Below the pieces are notes generated by a model. The model was not told the DNA's origin, did not search any database, and was given only the letters and a program-made list of their open reading frames with translations. This document shows, in pieces, positions 50,441 through 63,283 of a stretch of DNA of 64,000 bases. The position numbers and the translations under genes were made by a program. The stretch comes from Thalia democratica. Its lineage: Eukaryota. The DNA is taken from assembly GCA_965202585.1 (NCBI GenBank), contig OZ241830.1, forward strand, positions 26,412,001 to 26,476,000, given 5' to 3'. How positions within the stretch are numbered: the stretch's first letter is position 1; each line of letters begins with the position of its first letter.

Positions 50441-53400
50441 GGGGCTGTAAAGTCATAACTTAAAATTTTAACAAGATATCTTAAAGTTAACGGTAAAAAG
50501 CAAAAAAAAATAATAAACAACTTGAGTGTATTTAAGGGTAGTTTTAAAACTTACACTAGATATTCTAAAGTTGATATAAGTCTTAGATGTGTATAAGGAA
50601 ATTTTTAAAATTCATATTGATAAGAAATGTGTGATTAAACGTTAAAAGAACGCTAAAATGAGAAAACACTTGTTTATTGGTAGACATAGAAGTTAAACAA
50701 CTTCAATATTTTCCATTAACATTATGTTAATTACAAACTTTTACAAGCTTGAAAAATCGTTAAACTTTAATAATTTAGGTCATTATAGGTTAATGAACTG
50801 AACGATTGAATTTAAACTGTTTATTAAAACTACTTTATGGTTTTTGATGCTTTGCACATCGACAAAAACACTTGTCTAGAAAAAAAATAGTACACGTAAA
50901 GTAATACATAATCAAATATAGTACATAACTTTATTATGAACAAATTTTCTTAATCAAAAAACATGTCTAAGTTTAATCGATAGAAAAACCATTTCTATAA
51001 AACATAGGTTTTTAAAAGGTATGACATTAGTCTTAAAATTGATTATTTTAAGCAAAAAAAAAATACTTCTAAAATGTAATTACTAGTTTAGGGAAATAAA
51101 CTTGGGTGTGGTAGGTCTTTAATTAAGCTTAATATTAAAATGTAGTTATACACACTTTAGTCGTAATCCGTACAACCTATGGTTTCCCTTTTCAGAATAT
51201 CGTTTAATATACAATGATACAACTAATTTATTAGGTTTTTTGATTAAAGCCCTTCTATTAATCTTGATTTGTGGTCATGAACAACTGTCAATTTATCTAA
51301 ATTTAAACATATTTTCCTAAATATCTTATAATCCATTTCTTTTAGCTAACATGCTGCTGCAATTTAGACTAGAGTTAAAACATTTACAGATGAAATTTCA
51401 TCTACATGTATATATTCCTACAGTGTAAAGCGGTATATACTAAATTTGAAATAAAACTTTATATCTTCCATATACCTTGTAAGTACGCATTTTAATGTAT
51501 TTATAAGTAGCTTAGTTTTAACTGCTATTCTTAGCATTAGTTTTTGTTAAACATATTTCAATTTAAACGAAATTAGCACGTAGTCGTTCAAGCAATTAAA
51601 ATTTTTGTTGTGTATGCTGTGATCAATACTTTCAATATATAAATGTATTTAATAAATTTTGTAAAACACAGTAGTGAACTTTTGATTAAACTAAACAAAT
51701 TGAAATTATTTTTCTATATACAATCCAAGATCGTTACAGCATGTGATTTTAATTGACTCACAAAAGTTTGAATGCACTTAAACGATTTTGTGCATTACAG
51801 TGCAGATTTAAGTAACTTTATAATAAGTCGTATGAAAATATAATCTTACACGAGTCTATTTAAGATATGTGGACAACTATTGACTAAAACTCTAAACTCA
51901 GTTCATCTATGAGCTTTATTGCTGCAGAAACAAACTGTTTTAAGTATTTAAAAAAACTTAACCTCGGAAAAAGACTGTAATTAATGAATAAAAATAATGC
52001 TTTACAACTAATAAATTAAGGACTTTAAAATTTAAAAAGAATCCAGCTAAATTCGAAATCATACAGTTATACGTTTTAAAGTTTTAATTTTACGAATTAA
52101 CTGGTACGTTTTATCTAATACAGAACTTTCTACCACTTAATCACATTTTAAAGTGATATTAAACAATTTTTAATTATTTTTCTATTAATTCATTTAAATC
52201 ATGACTTAATGTATACTTCTGCTTACAAAAAGTTCATAAAGTTTTCACTAATGGCTTTAGCTTTTGTGTTACAGTACTGCTAAAATCATCCAAATTCGGT
52301 CTGTATAAACAGACAAAGAACAATCAACACTTTTAATTTGTTTTTCAAAGTTCGTTTAATACACAATAATAGTTAAAGTTGATGTGACAATTTTTTTTTC
52401 TTTTTATTAGCAACTATATAAAAACAACAAAAAATCAGCAGTTAGTTAATAAAATTTTGATTTGATAGTTTAAAAAACTCATAAAAGCAGGAATTACTGA
52501 AAAAAGTATTATTTACATTAAATAAGTCTAGAAACATGCTGTAAATTTAATTGATTTATATGTTTCTACGACAATCTTATAGTAATTTAGAAGGTTTAAA
52601 AAGTACATTTTCATTATTTATGTTTTAATACACTTTAAATAAATCGTTTAAATCTATTGTTAAGTAAAATCATGAAAAATTTATTCAATTTTGTTTTTAG
52701 ATGCGTAATATCAAATAACAACCAAAACATAAACATTTTAATACTAATTATTTTACGTTTGATCTGGTTTATATAATAAGTGACAAGTAGATGTAATAGT
52801 TACAAAAACTACTTAAATGTATTTTAGAATTAAGATACGAGTTTAAAGTTCTAGACGTGGTAATTTTTAAATAAAGAAAACATAGTTTATGTCATAAACA
52901 CGCATAGTAAGTAAATTATCATAGAAATAAACTATGGTCTTATATGGTTCCTCTAACTTTTGAAAGTTTATGAGTAATGATTCGGTTTGTTTTCATATGA
53001 ATTATATTTCAACAAAGTAATTAGTTTTTTACTATTTTTAAAAATTTCATTATCATTTAAAATCAAACTCTAGTTTAGAAAAACAAACAATTTATTTTAT
53101 TCAGTTAAGTTTAATGCAAATATTGTCACACGAAAAAAAAAATTAAAGATTCAAATACGCTTACAAAGTACTATAAAAAATTATTAAGATAACTAAAATA
53201 CTGTTTTTACATTATAAAGGTGTTGCAATTGAAAAAATTTCTAAGTATACTTTCTTTTAATCTCTGTATTTGTTCTACATTTGAAATATAAAACAATCCT
53301 TTGTTTTTATTTTGAAGTAGTATGTTGAAAATGTGAACAAAATACTGTATTAATTCTTCAATAACTAACACTATCTAAGCTTAATACTCAAATTCTCTCG

Positions 53401-54549
53401 TGGTAAATTCAGTTAAATGTCCTGGACAAGACGTTAAAAGGTATCCAAGTGGTGTGCGACTTGATAACCGAAATTATTTTTCGTGCACCAGATCTTAGGA
53501 CCAAACATTTTGAGTGCTTTTATTTGTTATTTAATAAACAATTATGTTTTTTTTAGTTAAGACCATCAGAATGGCTGAATAAGTAATAATAATTAAACAA
53601 GTAAACAGCAGACCTTCAAAAATGTGCATTAGTGTTTACAGAATTTGTGCGGATAAAACATTAAATAAACATTTTACTAAAAATTTGTTTTTAAAAGAAC
53701 ATAATTTTCAACATTGTTAAATCTCAAAGTTACGATAACTTTGCAAATTGAAAACAAATAAAAAACGTAAACATTTGTCTAATTTTTTAAAAAATTACAC
53801 TAGAAGCAGCTGAAAGATACATAAGACTTAAAAAGTTATAAATTGTTCCTGAAATTTATATAATGTAGTTAATCGAACATTGGTGGCCTTGGTACGAAAA
53901 AGAAAACATAAACTTTTATAAAGAAGTATCAAAACTTTTGATCAACAGTTTTATAAGCCACGTATGTGAAACTGTGTTTGTTTATTTATTGGTAAACATT
54001 TTAGATGCATTTTAGTTAAAAAAATTTTTTTAAGTTTGAATTATACTTTGAATGTGTATTCTTGTTATGTTTCGAAGTACTTAATAAATTTTAACAAAAT
54101 ATAGTGCAACGAACATTCTTATATTTTGAACTTTTATAATACTTTTAAAAGCAAAATTTAAAATCAAGTAGTTTTACTCGATTAATTATCGTGTAGTATA
54201 ATCAATAAAAACAAAAGTTTTAAAGTATCTTTGTTTAGTTTTTCAACGAAAAGCAAGTTGCAAAATTCTGAATCTAAATAAATCTGTTCATAGTTATGAA
54301 ATGTTTATCGGATTATGAATACAAACTACACGTAGCTAATAAAGCAGAAAAAACTATTATAACTTTTTACTACTTTTTAAATGTATTTTTATTACTTTAT
54401 CATCTAATAAGTAATCTCTTTACCTGCTTGTACTGTTAATAAACTACAATACTTAACATAAACTGTTTTATTTCGTGTTTTAAATCAGGTTTAAACGTTT
54501 TTGTTGATTGTAGGAAAATAAATTGGTCAGTATTTAAATAAAACTATAT

Positions 54550-54972
54550 TTACAAATAAGTTAAATAGAAATAAACTAAAACACACATGTATAACAAAGA
54601 ACTGAAACCAATCCTGTTCAAAGTTTTTGCTGAACTTTCGACGTTGCACAAATCTGTATCACAACAAGTGATTGTGAATTTCACGTTTTGATATCCAAGA
54701 TAACTATGTTCGTAGGTTCCTGGTTTTGTACAAAACATGGAATCAATACAACCTTTTGATGTACAGAACTCCTCATCTCCACACGTTTGATATGGAACTT
54801 CGCCGTTTCTGATAGTAGAAGTAGCGCAGAAATACGAGGAATCCGATATACATTCTTCTATCGTTAAGTTTAATGGATATAAATCTATGTTGCTGGCTTC
54901 ATAGCACTTCAAACCGGCACAACTTACAAGTAAGCAGCTTGAACAAAATGTGAGAACTACTAAGAATTTCAT
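54550..54972 (-). CDS. Ly6/uPAR three-finger protein 2, 140 aa, signal peptide and probable GPI anchor
   Basis: Intronless paralog with the same Cys spacing as gene 1, CCDTDLCN, and hydrophobic tail FSSLLYMCVLVYFYLTYL. Confidence 0.93.
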   Translation of the reverse strand: MKFLVVLTFCSSCLLVSCAGLKCYEASNIDLYPLNLTIEECISDSSYFCATSTIRNGEVPYQTCGDEEFCTSKGCIDSMFCTKPGTYEHSYLGYQNVKFTITCCDTDLCNVESSAKTLNRIGFSSLLYMCVLVYFYLTYL

Positions 54973-54995
54973 GTTGCACTAAAGTTTAAACTAGT

Positions 54996-55010
54996 TTCGG
55001 CGCTACTTAA
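54996..55010 (-). promoter_or_regulatory. Conserved 15-bp motif TTAAGTAGCGCCGAA upstream of Ly6 gene 2
   Basis: Identical to the motifs at 48638 and 59649. Confidence 0.6.
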
Positions 55011-57622
55011 GCAGTTTCATCCCTTTTTTTTAATAATAGCTTTTTGCGTATAAAAACCAATTGAAAAATAATCAATTTGCATTACATCCTCGTTTTGTGA
55101 AGCTTATTTTCAGGAATTTAAAACATTAACATATAACCTTATAATTTGTGTATAAAATAATTTGAATTTAAAAAAGCTATATGTTAATGTTGTCATATAT
55201 ATTATTTATTTTCATCAAATTATTAAATTAGTGTTTATGGTTTGTAGTTGGCGTTTTGTTATATTTCCAACATTTTTTTAAAACTTTTTTGCGATTTAGG
55301 TAAAGGTTTTTTAAGACTGTTATTGTTTTGAATTACAACGGTTATTCCAGTATGCACGATTTTCAAATCGAGACAATTAAGACAGGGTTAGCATCCGAAT
55401 AACTTAAAGTACTTTTACTAGCAACAAAACAACTGTTCTACTGTAAAATAAAAATTGTTAAATTAAATATACATAAAAGTTAAAAATAAAGAAACTATTT
55501 GATTTAGAATTTGGTTAAAATAAAAAAAAAATCATTAAATTGCATTTTTGCAAAATTATATTAAAAAACTTTTAACAAGTTTAGTAAAAACTTATATTTT
55601 AAAAATAACAAGGCTTGGCATAACTTAAGTTCACCTGTTTTGAAGTGTGTATGTTTTTTTTTTCATTCAATCAGTTATGAGGTTTTGCTGATCTTGGAAA
55701 ATAAATTGAACATATGTAGTAGCTCAACATAAGTATATTAGATTTGAATAATTTGCATAGCAGTAGCTTAGTAACAATTTGTTTCATTAAATTTATGGCA
55801 GTTTTTTTATGAAATTTTTTAAAACATGTATCTTTACTATAATTCTATATGTAATGGATGCGGTCTATGATTGTTTTTAGCCGTTGAGATACAGAGAAAA
55901 ACGGTTTTAGGGAAAACTTATCAACTTGATGTTTAAAATTTTAGCGTATATTTGTTTTAAGATGAACTAGGAAATACTTCATGATCATTTAAAATATACT
56001 CGCTAGCCGAATTTTACCTGCAGTTCGTATGTTGTCCACCTTTATTCTATAATTAAGTTGATTGAACTGAAAATTTGTAAACAAGAAACGTTTATATAGC
56101 TTCAGTAAATTATTAAATTTAACATAATTGTAAGTTAAAAACGGACAACATACGACCTATTGTTTGGACCCATCTCGCTAAGCAGAAACCTTTGGTGTGG
56201 TATTTAGTTTTAATTTTGAGAACAAGCTTTAAAAGAAAAAAAAAATTTTTTAACAAATGGGCTTTTCAAATGCGCTATTAATAAGATCTTTTGTACGTGA
56301 TAGTAATTAGAAAATAATAATTTCTATAATTAGTGTTAGAAATTTACATCAATATATCCGGCCCGTGGAATTTTTGGTAAACTTCTATGACAAACTTGTA
56401 TTGAAAGTGTTATTTCCTTATAAAAATCACGTAATTTTCTGATAATTTCCTTGAAATTGCATAACTTAATCGAAATTGCTTGAAAATACTTTTTTACTAG
56501 ATTTCACTTTTACATTTCATTATGCAATAATCTGGATAGATATTAGGTTTTTACTAAATTTAAATTCAGAGTAAAAGGTTTTATATAATTAGTAACATGC
56601 CAATTAATTAAAGCAAGCGCTTGTAAAAATTTTAACGTAGCATAAATTGTTATGAAATAAAACTAAACAATCGTTTCAAAGATCAAATTTTCAATTAAAT
56701 ACGGCTTTTTCAAATAAAATGATGATTGTAAAACTTAAATAAGCCGTATTTGTTTCCTTTACAAGTTATTTTTCCCTATTGGCCTCAAACTCTCCAAACT
56801 CTGGTTTTATTGAACTAGTTACAAATAATACATTTTAAAACATTTAAATTAACTACACATAATGGACTATGTTATGATACAATAAACATAATTTGAATTT
56901 AACTTTGAAATACTTTATTACGTTTGCAAAGTATAACAGATACTATATAGTACAAAAATGAATTTTAAAAACATTATATTTAGCTAGAAACTATATATTT
57001 TTTAATTTTTCAAGCTAAATTATTTAAAACATGTTAGATACCACTATTTTTTAACAAAAATGTTGGTATAGTAAAAAAAAACTATAGCAAGTTTTTAATA
57101 ACACTATCGAAACTTCAACTTTAAAATACTTTGTTATAGATAGTATTTTTTTTTTTTTTTTGTAAACATCATCAAAATAAATACTTTAATGTTTTATCTT
57201 TGTAACTTACTGTAATCAAACTAGTAGATATCAAACCTTAAAAATTAATCATTTATTATTACAATAGTATGAGCACATAAAAATTTAAGTTTATATTTAA
57301 TTTTTTATTAGGCTTAGTCGTTCTTTTTATCCATATTAAGGTCAAATAGATAACAAGTTCAATTTGTTAGTAAGTAAAAATTGAAAATAAAGCAGATGTA
57401 GTAATTGTTTGTGCTACTTAAAAAGTTATAACGGAAATAATTAAAAATAGAATGTTAAACTTATACCTACTTTTTAAAATGGGTAGGTGTCAGAAACTCA
57501 AACGTCAATTTCGCGCGCAAACTTATCAAAAATTGATCAGAAAAGTCCAATTTGAAAACGATTAGTAAACTATTTTAAATTTATTTGAAACCAACGTTTT
57601 ACGAAAAACTAATTTATAACAG

Positions 57623-57680
57623 CTCGTGCAAAATTATTACAAATTGTAACGGTTAAAGTTCGTGCAAAAGTGACGTTCCG
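57623..57680. repeat. Inverted remnant of the ~20-bp subrepeat family seen at 6484-6727
   Basis: ctcgtgcaaaatt and ttcgtgcaaaagtgac (reverse complement gtcacttttgcacgaa). Confidence 0.4.
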
Positions 57681-59188
57681 TGCTTTCGATACACACAGTG
57701 AGCCCGCAACTGGAAATAGAAAAAACAAAATAGATAATCTCTTTGAAAATGTGCGGATAGAAAGCCAAAGTTATAGCGCATATAGTGCTGCAAACTAAAC
57801 AATTTCATCTACAACATAAATTATATTAGTTTGTTTTTTTGTTTTGTACGTGATAGCAATTAGTAACATGTGGCACGAAGTTGCTTTAAGGGTTTTTGAT
57901 CAGTTAAAAATTTGTTGCCTTTTAAAATAAATATATATTAAAAAACGACTTTAACATTAAAGTATCTTATTACTTTTCATTATTGAAAAATATTTTAACT
58001 AACTGTCAAATAAAAAATAAAAAATTAAAATTGAAAAAAAATATTGTTGAAATTTTTTTTTTTATTTTTAATAATATTCTAGTAAACTTTTTAAAATAAA
58101 AGTATCTGGCACGAGCAAATTTTATATATGACAATGTTTTTTAAATCGTTAGATTTAGTAGATTAAAAAATAATAGAACATGGTCCTCTTATGCCAGGAA
58201 ACACTTTTATTTACTAGATTTTAAGAAACACTCTAAAAATTATTAGCCAAAAAATGTTCCAAAAACACTCTATTGAATCTATTTTAAAATTTTGTTAAAA
58301 AAATTTAAAAAAACAGTATTAAGAGTTATTTTTTATCACTAAAATTTAATATTTTATTTCTTATAAACATCTACAAACTGTTAAAAGCAAAAATAATTAA
58401 AATATATGTTTAATTTGCTTTATTTGTATTTCTAAAACAAAGGTATTTATGATAAAAAATGCATAGAGCAAACACATTTTATAAGAGCTACTACGTAAAG
58501 TTTAACAATTTTTATTTTTTAAGAACTTTCTCTGTTTTTTTTTGAAAATTCAACAGTCACAAACTTAGACTATTATAAAATCAAATACTATCAAATACTT
58601 TCAATTATAGATTATTAAGAAAATTTGTTTACTGTGTGACTTGTTTCCCTTTAAAAATAATGAAACGTATCAAAACATTAGTATACAATATTAAAGGAAA
58701 CTATTCAATAGATATGCCTAAATTTAAGATTTTGAAATAAATAATTTACTAAGTTGAAATTATGATCGTTTATTTATTGCTTCATATTTATTAAAACATA
58801 CTTGTATAAAATTGAAACATCAACAATACGTGTGAAAAACAAACTTAAAGTCAAAAACATCTGCTCAACTTATTCTAACATAGTTTGTTGAATGAAAATA
58901 AAAGTTTTTTGAGTATTTGAGTTTAATCTTTTAAAGTCATGAAAAATTTTAAAAATTCACCTCGCTATGCATACAAAGTTTCAATCTGCTAAAATCTAAA
59001 TTAGTATAATGTTATTTTTTACCGGTTATATAACTATAAACTTTTGTATTGATTGAAAACTTGTTTATTAAATCTTTAACTGCTCTACTCATATTGTTAT
59101 AGAATATTTTAATGTCAGGTACTTTGAAGTTGTTTTAATAAATTGTTATTGATGTTCTTAAATGACCAGTTGAAAAGCAAAAACAAGT

Positions 59189-59617
59189 TTAAAATATAAC
59201 AAAATACGAACAAAGAAAAAGACTCATGTAAAAAAAACAGCTGAAACGAATTTTGTTAAGAGTTATTGCTGAACTTGGAATATTTTCATCGTTGCACAAA
59301 TCCGTGTCGCAGCAAGTCATCGTGAACTTCACGTTGTCCTTTCTGAGGTAGTCGCGTTCGTAGGTGCCCGGTTCCCTGCAGTAGTCGGTGTTGTAGCAGC
59401 GTTTCGTCCTGCAAAACTCCTGGTCCCCGCACGTGTACTTTGGCACTTCGCCGTTCCTGAATGTGGCAGTTACACAAAAGTCCATGTAAGGGTAGCTGCA
59501 TTCTTCGATGGTTTCATTCGATTCGAACCCTATGTTTCTGCCTTCGTAGCATCTTAAACCGGCACAACTGACAAATAAGCAGCTCGAGCAAAATGTGAGA
59601 ATTACTAAGAAGTTCAT
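59189..59617 (-). CDS. Ly6/uPAR three-finger protein 3, 142 aa, signal peptide and probable GPI anchor
   Basis: Intronless paralog: LRCYE start, 10 Cys, CCDTDLCN, hydrophobic tail, GC-rich codons in the domain. Confidence 0.93.
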   Translation of the reverse strand: MNFLVILTFCSSCLFVSCAGLRCYEGRNIGFESNETIEECSYPYMDFCVTATFRNGEVPKYTCGDQEFCRTKRCYNTDYCREPGTYERDYLRKDNVKFTMTCCDTDLCNDENIPSSAITLNKIRFSCFFYMSLFLCSYFVIF

Positions 59618-59648
59618 GTTGCACTCAAGTTTAATTGTATGAAAAGAT

Positions 59649-59663
59649 TTCGGCGCTACTTAA
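59649..59663 (-). promoter_or_regulatory. Conserved 15-bp motif TTAAGTAGCGCCGAA upstream of Ly6 gene 3
   Basis: Identical to the motifs at 48638 and 54996. Confidence 0.6.
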
Positions 59664-60833
59664 GCAGTTTTAACCCTTTTTCATTATTTTAGCTTCTTGC
59701 GTATAAAAACCAATAGAAAAAGCAATCAATTTGTATTACATCCTTGTTATGTGAAGGTTGTTTTCAGGAATTTTAAACGAAAGCATATAACTATATAATT
59801 TACCTATGAAATAAATTGAATTAAAAAAGTTTCGTGAAAATGTTTTAATAAAAATTTTACTTGTTTTTATTATTAAACTACTTAATTAGTGCATATGGTT
59901 TGAATTTAGCGTTTTGATGTATTTCCAAATACTAATTAGTAAAATTTTTTGACGTCTTAGGACTATTTTTGTTTAGAATTAAAACAGTTACTTAAGTATG
60001 CAGGTTTCTTAAATCTAGACCCATTAAAACAGGGTTATAATCCGATTTACATTAAATACTTTTATTGGCAAAAAAACAAAAGTTCTATCTTAAAACAAAA
60101 ATGGTTAAATTAGATATACAGAGAAAACATAAAGAAAGAAACTGTTTTGATAAGACTTAGAGCACATTTAAAAATTTAAAAAGTAGTATGAAACTGTTTT
60201 GTAACAAACTTAACAAGTTAAGTACAACATTATATTAAAAAAAAAATTCTTGCATGTAAATTTTACCCTCGATAAGCAATAAAAATTTAGTAGACCTTTG
60301 TGTAGTAATCGTTAATTATAAAAAGCAAGCTTGAAATGTTTGTTTGTTGGGACTAAAAACTAAGTACAGTAAACCGCACTTCCTAGGTACGAACTGCCGG
60401 CACTTTTTAGCCGAAAAAACGAAGTGCAACAAACCTAAAAGCAATAATTCAAACAAATTATGTACAAAAGAAGTTTCATCGTATTAAATTTAATAAAGTA
60501 AAAACTAAAAGAGCTAGAAAATAATTTATGACCGTACAAATAGAACAATACCAATATTTAAAATAAACATTTTATAAATTATTTATTTAATTACTAAAAA
60601 AAAACTAATAGTGCAATTTAAGTTTGCGTAGCCAATTAATTAAACAACGTAATGAAAAGACTTAAAAAGTCATACAAAATTTAGATTAAAAAAAAACAGT
60701 GTACATAATTGACATTTACACACCCTACGATTGTCACATAAATGTAAAAATAATATTAAAACTAATAAAAGTGTTAAGCACTATTTCTTAAGTTCATTAC
60801 TGCCAGCATTGACTACAAAAACCTCAATCTACT

Positions 60834-62801
60834 ATGAGCACCAGCAGTAAGCACCAATTTGTCCTTTAAACTTGTGTTTTCAAACTTTTATTAAAGAAAT
60901 TATAAAAACATATGTCTTTGAATGAAACAAATATGTTGTGTATACATTATAAATCACAAATTGACGACTCTTTATAGGATTTATTTTATTAAGACTCGTC
61001 TAATTATTGAGGAGTTGATAAATTAGTTATAGCTTCTTGTGGTGCAATATTACTACATAATTCTTTATTTCCTTGTCACAATTTTCGGTTTGCCACAAAT
61101 AGTTTTTAATATTTCTAATCTATTCTATTTGCAAACGACAAAATATAATTTATTTTTTCAGGTTATAATGCAGATAGAATGCAAAAACCATGTTCCACAT
61201 TGTAAATATATTTAATTTAACGGCATTTTAACAAAAATGTTTGACAGTGTATATCAAACTTAGTACATTTTAAGTTCAAATAAATAACATGGCACAAGAT
61301 TTAAGATTATAACATTAATTTTTTTCTAACTGAACTATATTTTCTAAAATAGTAATAATTTTTATATACTTTAGTTGACGAAGTATTTAAAAAAAACTTT
61401 TTTTTTAAACTACATTCATATTTAACAAAAAAAAAAGTAACAGTTTTATATTTTCTACGATCTATTTATAAATTAGATAGTTTTACCAATACGAACTGGT
61501 ATTTGTTGACTATTTACCCTTATATTTTACTACCCAAGAATAGTTTAGCTATTATGTACATTATTTTGTCACAAACTCGAAACAAAACATATTGCCTAAA
61601 TATATATAAGTGTAGTTTAATAAGTCGTAAAAGGTACAGCCTAAAATTGACACTGTTAATTAGGGTATTTTTAGGCTTAATTTTTCTTGGCTACAATTTT
61701 GTACCATACTGTATTTCGTTAATTTAAAAATTACGACATACACGTGCAAACTAAAGTAAAAAAGTTGATTAAGAACATGCAAGCAAAGTTTTAATTAAAT
61801 GTAGAAAATAACTTTATATACAAGTAGGTAAATCTACATTAGCTAAACATTGTTCCAAGTTCAAAATCATGATCTAAAGTTTTACCTCTAATTAATTAAC
61901 TAGGTATCGATATGAAGGGCCCTTAAAAAAACTATCAACAAATTTAATTAATTATTTGAAAGAAGTAGATTTTTGTCCTAAAGTTAGTTTCGGAACATTG
62001 TTTAACGTTCAAAACAAAAACGTAAAAACCAGTAAAACTAGTTACTTTAAATAACAAGTAGCTTTATCATATAATTGGAAAGTTGTATTTGCTTTAATTT
62101 CATTGCGTTTTCGGTTTTCATCAAAATTTGGCTGTCATTAAACGCTAAATTAGTATCTAATAAAACTAATCTTTAAGTTATTAATAAGACAATAATACGA
62201 GCAGATTTTATTTATATTTATAAAGATACAAAAATTACGAAGTGTATTACAATGGAAAACTTATATTAAGTATAATACAGTTAATAAGAAATAATAAAAC
62301 AAAATATTAGTAGTTTAACTGTTTGAGTGCATTAAATAAAACAGCTGATGCAACAACAAACATTAAAAAAATTGTAAGTTATCAAAATACTGCCATAGAA
62401 AACATAAAAAACTTACATAACTATAATGATGCGTATCCGGATCATATCTTAAAACAACAACAAATACAGTCTTAGATTAAAACATTACATTTTTTTACTC
62501 TTAATCATTTAACAGAACTTTTAAATAGATGTTTATATTGTTCTTGAAAGCACCAAAAATTATTAAAGTATAAAACTAGTTCAACGTTTACAAATGAACA
62601 AACAAGTAAACATAAACGTTTCATAGATATTATTAGACAGGTTGTTGATTGTTTTGTTGTTCTTTTTTGTCATTTATTAGTTGTTTTTGACCTGCCAGAC
62701 AACGTGAATACTATCTATCTACTACTATTGAAGTTGAGAACGGTTTTCTTCTCCAGGATCGTTAAAACGTTCGTGCAGAGTTACTTCCCGTTAATTCCGT
62801 G
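60834..62801 (+). CDS. Tentative 5' exons (60834-60846, 61162-61201, 62757-62801) of an SLC26-like anion transporter; would continue beyond the window
   Basis: Three phase-compatible GT-AG exons give MSTSSYNADRMQKPCSTLIVKTFVQSYFPLIP(W). The C-S-x4-K-x2-V-x-S-x-F-P-x3-W spacing resembles the SLC26 segment preceding WLPxY. No following exon was found in the window. Confidence 0.3.
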
Positions 62802-63177
62802 GTTTGCATTGTTTAATCATACGATTTAAAAAGAGTATCAGTTAGTTTAAACTTTATTATGTCATGCATTTTTTTAAAAAGTTAATATATATCTTTTTTA
62901 ACTATAGATATATGTGAGTCAAAAGTTGATTAAAAATATCAACTTAAGCTCGCAAGAAGACAAAACCAAAATTACACACTTTAGTGAACAAATTATCTGT
63001 TTAAAGTGTTCGAATACAATTTATATTCTGATTAAAAGTTCTTTCAAAACTTGAAAATAAGCTTTCACAAATGAACATAAATCAACAGTTATTCTATATA
63101 AGGCAATAAACTTAATATAACTCATTTACTATTTTATTTAGGTTGACAATACTTATTTCAAACTTAAATCACCAAAC

Positions 63178-63283
63178 CTGGATAGATAATCCTTTTGGTA
63201 GAAATGAATTAAAACGCGTAATCAGCTCTGGGTGACGTTGAAAAAGTAGTAAGACCTGCTTGTACAACTCAATGTCGCTAATC
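63178..63283 (-). pseudogene. SIN3: Sin3-like PAH-domain exon (second half of PAH1)
   Basis: Reads ISDIELYKQVLLLFQRHPELITRFNSFLPKGLSIQ(V). About 15 of 31 residues are identical to Sin3 PAH1 as recalled ([31 protein letters not shown]). Acceptor ttattgaag|, donor cag|gtttgg. Called a pseudogene because the upstream exon is disrupted. Confidence 0.65.

Larger units (their letters stand above)
45700..60240 (-). repeat. Three tandem duplication units carrying the Ly6 genes (~45700-48900, ~52520-55620, ~56600-60240)
   Basis: Shared flank blocks: tatataataagtga (46.2/52.8 kb); ataactttttactactttt (48.0/54.4 kb); aaataagccgtattt-like (46.65/56.74 kb); tttatctttgtaacttactg (47.13/57.19 kb); gtttatttatt (47.6/54.0/58.8 kb); and collinear 5' flanks. 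Confidence 0.8.

Noticed and set aside
51600-51640. tgc tgt gat caa (CCDQ) as another Ly6 remnant
   Set aside because: No terminal CN and no upstream Cys pattern or DNA similarity to the family.
3592-61727. Isolated 60-105-aa AT-rich ORFs (3592, 6375, 11192, 13703, 28696, 29224, 45183, 48589, 49211, 61503)
   Set aside because: Composed of Lys/Ile/Leu/Phe/Asn codons expected in AT-rich non-coding DNA, unlike the GC-rich codon usage of real exons here. No motifs.
63142-63235. + strand exon (WLTILISN...VISSG*) as the continuation of the 62757-62801 exon
   Set aside because: Largely overlaps the PAH exon in antisense and lacks the expected WLPxY and downstream motifs. The minus-strand reading has much stronger homology.
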